Positions 58,701-64,000 of a DNA stretch of 64,000 nucleotides are shown here, one piece after another (the stretch's first letter is position 1; the number at the start of each line of letters is the position of its first letter). Origin of the DNA: Leeuwenhoekiella sp. (GTDB lineage: Bacteria > Bacteroidota > Bacteroidia > Flavobacteriales > Flavobacteriaceae); assembly GCA_964219495.1 (NCBI GenBank), contig CAXPQP010000025.1:25440-89439 (forward strand), read 5' to 3'. The position numbers and the translations under genes are program-made. Under the pieces are notes generated by a model. The model saw only the letters and a list, made by a program, of their open reading frames with translations. It was not told the origin of the DNA and did no database searches.

Positions 58701-61033
58701 AAACGCGATTCGGTTTTATAATCGTAAACTGTTTGATCGGCGTGACCTGCCACGTAATAGACGTCTCTTAAATCATCTTCAGATAGATGTGTTACAAAAT
58801 CGAGCACAGCCTCCCGGTATTTTTTAAAATGGTCGAGATCTTTTTTTAAGGGAACAACCATAGGCTCGGTGCTTTCCGCTTTGCGATCTTTCCAAAACTG
58901 CGATTCCCAGAAAGGGCGACGGGTATTATTCTCAATGGGGAGCAACTCAAATATTCCCGGAAACTCACGAAAAACCTGAAGCAACTCTTCTTTCGAATTT
59001 TTAAAATCTATCATTGCCAACTGCTTAACGCGGCTGCTGTGGCCGGTAAGCACTTCCATAATGAGGTATGAACCCAACCAGGGAGTACCCAGCATTACAA
59101 ATTTATTGGCGGGTTTATCAATAAAGCGTTTCCAGATAGCTGCAGAATCCATCATAAACTGGCGTACTACAAGACCTCCCATAGAATGAGCAATGATGTG
59201 AATGGGCTGGTTATAAATTTCTAATAAGCTTTCAACTTTTTTTGCCAGCTCGCCGGCAGCACCTTTTACACTTTTACGCCAATCAAAAGGAAAAGTTATG
59301 ACGTCGTGGGTCTTGAGCAGGTGTTTTATAAAATCGTCGTAATAGTTCTTGATGACTCCAGAAGCCTGAACCCCGGTAGTATTAATTTCTAAGTCATCTT
59401 TAATTGCACCTCGATTGAGTTCTCTAAAATCGATCCACTGGGGGTTACCGTTGTGATCAAGGCTCGACCCCATAATTCCCGGAAGTAGTATTGCGATACG
59501 CCTATTACCACTTACATGTTCATAATGCACCCCTTCCATTGAAAACAGGCTGAGGAGCACGCCTCGATTGCCCACTTCACTATATTTCTGAGTAAAAAAT
59601 CCTGCAGTACTTCCTGACGCGGTAGTTGCTGCCTGCAATATCGCATCGCACGTATTTTGATTTCGGAAATAATTGAAATGATTAGTACTTTCATCTTTTG
59701 ATAAAAAGTATTGAATACCTCTTACGCGAGGTGCTCCCTGCTCCATACGGTCTGAGTCGACAACCAGATCATTTGCCTTCCAATAGAATAAATTGGCCAG
59801 GATTACCTTGAGTGAATCGCCCAGATGCCCACCTACTTCTGAATCGCCTGCTATCACATAAAGATCATTCACCACCGTATTTCCGGAATAATTCAGCATT
59901 TTCTGGAAGCTACTATCGGGCACCATACTATAGAGGCCGGGCATAGCCTTGTGACTGGCCTTTTGTTTTACAACTTCAAGCAAAAAGAGCTTTACCGTGT
60001 TGTAAACTATGTTTGCCTGTGCACCTACAACAAGGCCAAGCGCATTGAGCATCACATTAAGAAAATGATCTGTTCGCCGCGAAAGCAAAGTGGTCCCACT
60101 TGCTGGTGCTGCAACACGCATTACCTTACGTACCTCTAATTTCTTTGTACGTGCGAGCGTATTTAGTTCTTTCATCAACTCAAAAGCCTCTGCATCTTCA
60201 TGGGCCATCATACCTAGTTCTAACTCGCTAAAACCAATTACTTCATTACGATGATCACATTTGGCCAATACATCTGCCACGAGTCCTCCCCGAGAATGAC
60301 TTAAAATATCAACTACAGCAGCCTGTTCCAGATGTTTTAAAAAATCGAGCGCATTTTGCAAAGGACTTATTGAAAGCGTGCGATGGTCTAATGCAAGAAC
60401 ACCAGCATTGTAATTACGTAAGAGTTGATCCCAGATAGGATTGTGCCCCATACGCAGTTCGGCAAAGGCGGCGAATGTATTTGACAATGTGCCGTGAATG
60501 AGCAGGAGATAAGCACTACTGGCAGGAGCTATTTTAGTAACCGGCAAGTATTGAAATCCGGCATCTAATTTAAAAAGCCCTGGCTGTGGCATTGCTCGCT
60601 TATCATAGGCTATCGCCAGATTTTTTGCAGAAGTCTCGGCAGCACCACCCAGGGTTTTAGATCGGATAAGTTTGAGTGTTTTAATAACCACACTTCCTAT
60701 ACCTGCCCGGGAAGCATACTTGCCCATTACCTGAGATTCAAAAACAAACAACTCCCCAGAACGATTAGCACCTGCAGGAGCATTGTAAATCTCTTCGATA
60801 TCCAGCGCATTTCCAATCCATTGTGTTTGGTCTGTAAACGTGAGCTCAATGAGATCATCCTCTTTAATATCTAGCTCAATACGCCGATTCTCTGCCCTGC
60901 TCTTTTCAAGCTGAACTGCGGTTACTACTTCAAATTCAGAAAACTGTGCGGTTTGTGGGTTTAATTCTTCGGCGATTAGGGTTCCGTAGACGAGTGCCTT
61001 GCTCATATTGACTAATTTTTCTTGTGTTTGCAA
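55733..61033 (-). CDS. 1766-aa multidomain CHAT (caspase-like) protein: two alpha/beta-hydrolase domains, M17-N/macro-like domain, CHAT, helical tail
   Basis: IHGT + SHSRGG (S247); LPGIMGS + AHSMGG (S617) + LGTP; CHAT HFAGHG (H1309) and FINCCFSG (C1349), WAVDD, TNTWGAY. Confidence 0.85.
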   Translation of the reverse strand: MQTQEKLVNMSKALVYGTLIAEELNPQTAQFSEFEVVTAVQLEKSRAENRRIELDIKEDDLIELTFTDQTQWIGNALDIEEIYNAPAGANRSGELFVFESQVMGKYASRAGIGSVVIKTLKLIRSKTLGGAAETSAKNLAIAYDKRAMPQPGLFKLDAGFQYLPVTKIAPASSAYLLLIHGTLSNTFAAFAELRMGHNPIWDQLLRNYNAGVLALDHRTLSISPLQNALDFLKHLEQAAVVDILSHSRGGLVADVLAKCDHRNEVIGFSELELGMMAHEDAEAFELMKELNTLARTKKLEVRKVMRVAAPASGTTLLSRRTDHFLNVMLNALGLVVGAQANIVYNTVKLFLLEVVKQKASHKAMPGLYSMVPDSSFQKMLNYSGNTVVNDLYVIAGDSEVGGHLGDSLKVILANLFYWKANDLVVDSDRMEQGAPRVRGIQYFLSKDESTNHFNYFRNQNTCDAILQAATTASGSTAGFFTQKYSEVGNRGVLLSLFSMEGVHYEHVSGNRRIAILLPGIMGSSLDHNGNPQWIDFRELNRGAIKDDLEINTTGVQASGVIKNYYDDFIKHLLKTHDVITFPFDWRKSVKGAAGELAKKVESLLEIYNQPIHIIAHSMGGLVVRQFMMDSAAIWKRFIDKPANKFVMLGTPWLGSYLIMEVLTGHSSRVKQLAMIDFKNSKEELLQVFREFPGIFELLPIENNTRRPFWESQFWKDRKAESTEPMVVPLKKDLDHFKKYREAVLDFVTHLSEDDLRDVYYVAGHADQTVYDYKTESRFLSKKKKLVYLATTHGDSSVTWVTGIPSRIPKDNVYYSYTSHGELANDPKIYDGIVDILLEGKTNRLLKTKPVSRTGEVISELHAVPAPGNNPDLVGDTLFGIKSKVKNTEPERTLLNVSVINADLKVSRYPVMAGHFNNDGVHSAEKALDGYLHGRLMQRYDMGYYPGKIGESEVFFNLNTNPRGAIVCGLGNSQELTHYLLAKTVEMATLKYAMFMRDNYTLAKAKSYAEGISFILMGTGYGRLQIEDSIKGILLGVSSANRFIKDHGEGLQEITQVEFVNHYESLASQGYWALSRLKNSDNRFNFDLQKGIERKEGAKKKRAFIDESEDWWHHFNVKSICDGDHITGFAYNSSSGLARVEEEEVHNGLQQVGILLEEMSRSSTWDKRLSKTLFELLIPNQFKDIIRNQNNILFKLDLKAAQFPWELFHDFESDETPAAVNSGLIRQLLTSDYESNQLRSVSNKSLVIGDPIYNEATLPQLAAAKAEAQMVSDKLKSSGFETFALLNSAATDIMLQLYTHDYKILHFAGHGLYDPVNNRVGIAIGNGICIDPAMIKQLSYVPEFVFINCCFSGTLNAADDVFMRSRYKLAANIGTQLIAMGVKAIIVTGWAVDDAAAETFSEEFYGRMLSGYEFGEAVQMARKKCYQNHRHTNTWGAYQCYGNQHYKFFEHVRQKEEVFDYVLSSQVYTDLENLYASIRHSSANPNTVKGKLDAILENASRNDLIDGVIREKEALIYDELDMPNEALDTFRAVLTLEDANFSMKVLEHFCLLRSLNFSKDAAERKEELDLITKLALIGKTTLRLGIVGNCYKFASMFEKGDKQQHFLELALQYYTEAYDNSTDPYDGKTLDAFSNIVFLAYIRECYGKNSLKNELKKYTKKPVYAYLQEFLKHLDDVDPADLDISVLLGMTEVSFGMLLVNTEKDGEQVILDEINRRFAEGFQILHSKRQIRIELAQLDFLLSHEVVLPKEKTKNLLKVKESLMRFK

Positions 61034-61245
61034 TTAAAAGTACCTAAAACACAACGCCTTAGCATGATCGAAAATCGAATAAGGGGCAAAATCCCTATGA
61101 ATTATCGGGAAAAAGACACCTTAAATTCAGGACCTGGGATACAATTGGCTGTAGTTTGATAGCATTAATAGTAATTTTGGCATTGTATTGATTCTTTTAC
61201 AATGCGAAAACACATTGAAATTTTTCAACCTTAAAACTGAAAATC

Positions 61246-61935
61246 TTGAAAACCCATTCCCTTAAAATACGTGCCCTTATTTTTGATATGGACGGCACGA
61301 TGTTTAACAATATGATGATTCATCACAAAGCCTGGCAAAAAAAGCTAAGTGAACTCGGGCTAGAGATGACACTTGAAGAAGTAAAGCGCGATATTCACGG
61401 GGTTAATGAAGAAATAATAAAACGTCTTTTCGGAGATCGCTTTGATGAGGCTAAGCGCCGGCAAATTGCCTGGGATAAGGAGGCAGCTTACCGCAAAATT
61501 TACGCGGACAAAATCACCCTTTTACCCGGCTTGCAAAGCTTTTTAGACCGTGCCAAATCCTTAGAAATACCTATGGGAATCGGGACAGCAGCACCCAAAG
61601 AAAATGCTGAATTCGCCATCAAAACGCTGGGGCTACACTCCTATTTTAGCACTGTTGTACACTCAGATATGGTACAGCGCGGCAAGCCTGATCCGCAGGT
61701 TTTTGAGATGGTAAGTACAGATTTAGGCATTCCGTTATCGCAGAGTCTGGTATTTGAAGACAGCCCAACCGGTGCTAAAGCAGCTGCCAATGGCAATTCA
61801 CAATCGGTAATACTTACTACAACTCATAATCCTGAAGAATTTGATCAAATTGCAAACATTCAGCATTTTATGAATGACTATGAGCGCATTCAATTAAACG
61901 TCACAGATACAGGCGAATTTGAACTTCATTTTTAA
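61246..61935 (+). CDS. HAD-superfamily phosphatase (beta-phosphoglucomutase-like); TTG start
   Basis: IFDMDGT, GKPDP, FEDSPTG. Confidence 0.9.
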   Translation: MKTHSLKIRALIFDMDGTMFNNMMIHHKAWQKKLSELGLEMTLEEVKRDIHGVNEEIIKRLFGDRFDEAKRRQIAWDKEAAYRKIYADKITLLPGLQSFLDRAKSLEIPMGIGTAAPKENAEFAIKTLGLHSYFSTVVHSDMVQRGKPDPQVFEMVSTDLGIPLSQSLVFEDSPTGAKAAANGNSQSVILTTTHNPEEFDQIANIQHFMNDYERIQLNVTDTGEFELHF

Positions 61936-62034
61936 TTCTTGAATAAACTTCAAATTTTCAGTAAAAATGCAGGTAGCCTCTGAAAATTATTAACTAAAAG
62001 CGTATTTTTAACGCTTTAAATTGAAAAAAATATT

Positions 62035-63081
62035 ATGAAAAAAGTACTCTTACTTGGCGTCGTACTAAGTTGTATGATGTTTGTAAAATGCGGACCTAAA
62101 GTGGGCAACACTTCTGGCTCCTCAAAAACCCAATCCCTAACAGAGGTTGACCCAATGCCTTTCGCAGAAAGCATTACAGCAGAAGAACTAAAGGAAATGT
62201 TGTATGTATATGCATCAGACGAATTTGAGGGTCGTAACACCGGCGAGCCTGGTCAGAAAAAAGCTGTTGAATATCTTAAAAATTACTACATAGATCAGGG
62301 TATCGAGTCTGCACAGGAAGATTCTTATTTCCAGATTGTGCCTGAAAGTTTTTTTAAAGCGGGTAGCGGTATCAAAGCTTCTGAAAATGTGGTGGCTTAT
62401 ATCAAAGGAAGTACCAAGCCAGACGAGTATGTTGTGATATCTGCTCACTTAGATCACGTAGGTGTTCGCAATGATGGGGAGATTTTTAACGGTGCTGATG
62501 ATGATGGTTCAGGAACTGTAGGTTTACTGGAAATCGCTGAAGCTTTCAACAAAGCGGTTGAAAAAGGATACAGACCTCAACGTAGTGTTGTTTTTCTACA
62601 CGTAACTGGTGAAGAAAAATGATTGGTAGGTTCACGCTATTATGCTGAAAACCCAATTTTTCCAATGGCTAATACCGTAGCAGATCTTAACATCGATATG
62701 ATAGGTCGTGTTGATGATGCGCACAAAGACAATGAAAACTACATCTACCTTATTGGTTCAGATAAATTGAGTACTGAACTTGACAGCATCTCAACGGCTG
62801 TAAACAATAAGTATATGAATATCGATTTGGATTATACCTACAATGACGAGAACGATCCAAACCGTTTTTACTACCGTTCTGACCATTATAACTTTGCTAA
62901 GTTTGGTGTGCCGATTATCTTTTACTTTAACGGGGTTCACGCAGACTACCACAAAGTATCTGATACTCCAGATAAAATCAATTACCCGATGTTGGCAAAA
63001 CGCTCACAGCTGGTTTTCTTAACTGCCTGGGAAGTTGCTAACCGCGAAGATCGCATCGTAGTTGACAAAGAGATTAAATAA
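62035..63081 (+). pseudogene. M28 metallopeptidase lipoprotein interrupted by one in-frame TGA (62620-62622); nonsense allele or sequencing error
   Basis: The two track ORFs are in frame and contiguous; AHLDH, GADDDGSG, GEEK*LVGS (expected GEEKGLxGS), NIDMIG, RSDH, DYHK. Confidence 0.85.
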
Positions 63082-63103
63082 GGTTTTTAAAGCCTGAAAA
63101 TGT

Positions 63104-63137
63104 AAAGCCCTTAAGCAGTTTGTTTAAGGGCTTTTTT
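63104..63137 (+). terminator. Intrinsic terminator after the M28 gene
   Basis: AAAGCCCTTAAGCA-loop-TGTTTAAGGGCTTTTTT. Confidence 0.85.
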
Positions 63138-63177
63138 ACTTTAAAAATGTACCTTTAAACTACTTAGAATTGATAGA

Positions 63178-63780
63178 ATGAATACCTGGATTGATCCCGA
63201 ACTGCAATTAGCTGCTGAAGATGTACGTCTTATTCCTCTAGAGCGAACACACCGCGATAGACTTCTTGATGCAGCTTTAGATGGAAACTTATGGGAACTC
63301 TGGTACACTTCGGTACCTGACGAGTCAAAAATTGACACCTATATAGATTTAGCACTTGAAGAAAAAGAAAAGGGCACTTCATTTCCTTTCACCGTCATAG
63401 ATGATAAATCCGGAAGGATAATCGGTTCTACCCGCTATTACAATCTGCAACCTGCGCATCGCCGGTTGGAGATAGGCTACACCTGGTACGCTAAGAGCTA
63501 TCAACGTACTGCGGTCAATACCCAGTGCAAATTGGCTTTATTGCAATATGCCTTTGAAAAGCTCGATTGTATCGCGGTTCAATTGGTGACCGACTGGTTT
63601 AATTTGAAATCCCGTGAAGCCATTGCAAGGCTTGGAGCTAAACAGGATGGCGTGTTAAGGCATCACCGTATTAATGCAGATGGAAGCTACCGCGATACAG
63701 TTGTATTTTCAATACTTGATAGTGAATGGAGTGGAGTTCAGAAAAATCTTGAACTTAAACTTAACGCCTGTAAATCTTAA
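63178..63780 (+). CDS. GNAT N-acetyltransferase (RimJ/RimL-like)
   Basis: IGSTRY, LEIGYTW, SREAIARLGA..DG.LR.H, RDTVVFSI. Confidence 0.9.
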   Translation: MNTWIDPELQLAAEDVRLIPLERTHRDRLLDAALDGNLWELWYTSVPDESKIDTYIDLALEEKEKGTSFPFTVIDDKSGRIIGSTRYYNLQPAHRRLEIGYTWYAKSYQRTAVNTQCKLALLQYAFEKLDCIAVQLVTDWFNLKSREAIARLGAKQDGVLRHHRINADGSYRDTVVFSILDSEWSGVQKNLELKLNACKS

Positions 63781-63783
63781 GTT

Positions 63784-64000
63784 GTGATCCTAAAAATAGC
63801 ACTACTTCGCGGCATAAATGTAGGCGGCCATCATATCATTAAAATGGCCGATCTTAAAGAGATGATGTCAAATCTGGGCTTTACCGAGGTTAACACCTAT
63901 ATTCAAAGCGGGAACATACTTTTTAATGCCGCTCAATCAAACGTTGCTATTTCTGAACAAATCAAGAAAGGGATTGAAACACGTTTTGGCTATACCATTC
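63784..64000 (+). CDS. DUF1697 family protein, 5' part (truncated; not in the track)
   Basis: Manual translation from GTG 63784: IALLRGINVGGH..IKMADLK...LGF..V.TYIQSGN. Confidence 0.85.
   Translation, partial: MILKIALLRGINVGGHHIIKMADLKEMMSNLGFTEVNTYIQSGNILFNAAQSNVAISEQIKKGIETRFGYTI

Noticed and set aside
61997-62017. Inverted repeat AAAGCGT/ACGCTTT upstream of the M28 gene as an operator or terminator
   Set aside because: Only 7 bp in AT-rich DNA, with no U-tract and no second occurrence.
62620-62622. TGA recoded as Gly (genetic code 25) or selenocysteine
   Set aside because: TGA is used as a true stop elsewhere (mutS2 at 17540-17542; flavoprotein at 3226-3228, both overlapping the next start). 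The position is a conserved Gly, not Cys.

Overview
AT-rich (roughly 40% GC by eye), gene-dense bacterial chromosome segment with Bacteroidota hallmarks: TAnnTTTG -7 promoter boxes, a T9SS type-B C-terminal domain, a SusC-type N-terminal domain, Gln-starting secreted proteins and a Bacteroidota-type SRP RNA. It is most consistent with a marine Flavobacteriaceae genome; the genus cannot be proven from the sequence. About 50 CDS are mostly housekeeping (ltaE, fused branched-chain 2-oxoacid dehydrogenase E1, ppk1, ung, mutS2, aroC, pcrA, recG, pheT, ABC-F, transaldolase), plus one ncRNA (ffs). No rRNA, tRNA, CRISPR array, integrase or transposase was seen. Most interesting: (1) a stand-alone 1766-aa protein joining two intact alpha/beta-hydrolase (lipase-like) domains, an M17-N/macro-like domain, a CHAT caspase-like protease with intact His/Cys dyad and a helical tail, a candidate self-contained protease-lipase signalling or defence module; (2) a four-gene type III PKS cluster of unknown product; (3) 11-bp-periodic TTAAC-like repeats upstream of ppk1, a PlcP-like phosphoesterase and a microprotein (candidate phosphate regulon); (4) a shared ECF-like promoter upstream of two lipoproteins; (5) an M28 peptidase broken by a single in-frame TGA at a conserved Gly. 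All family assignments come from motif recognition by eye; no database search was run.
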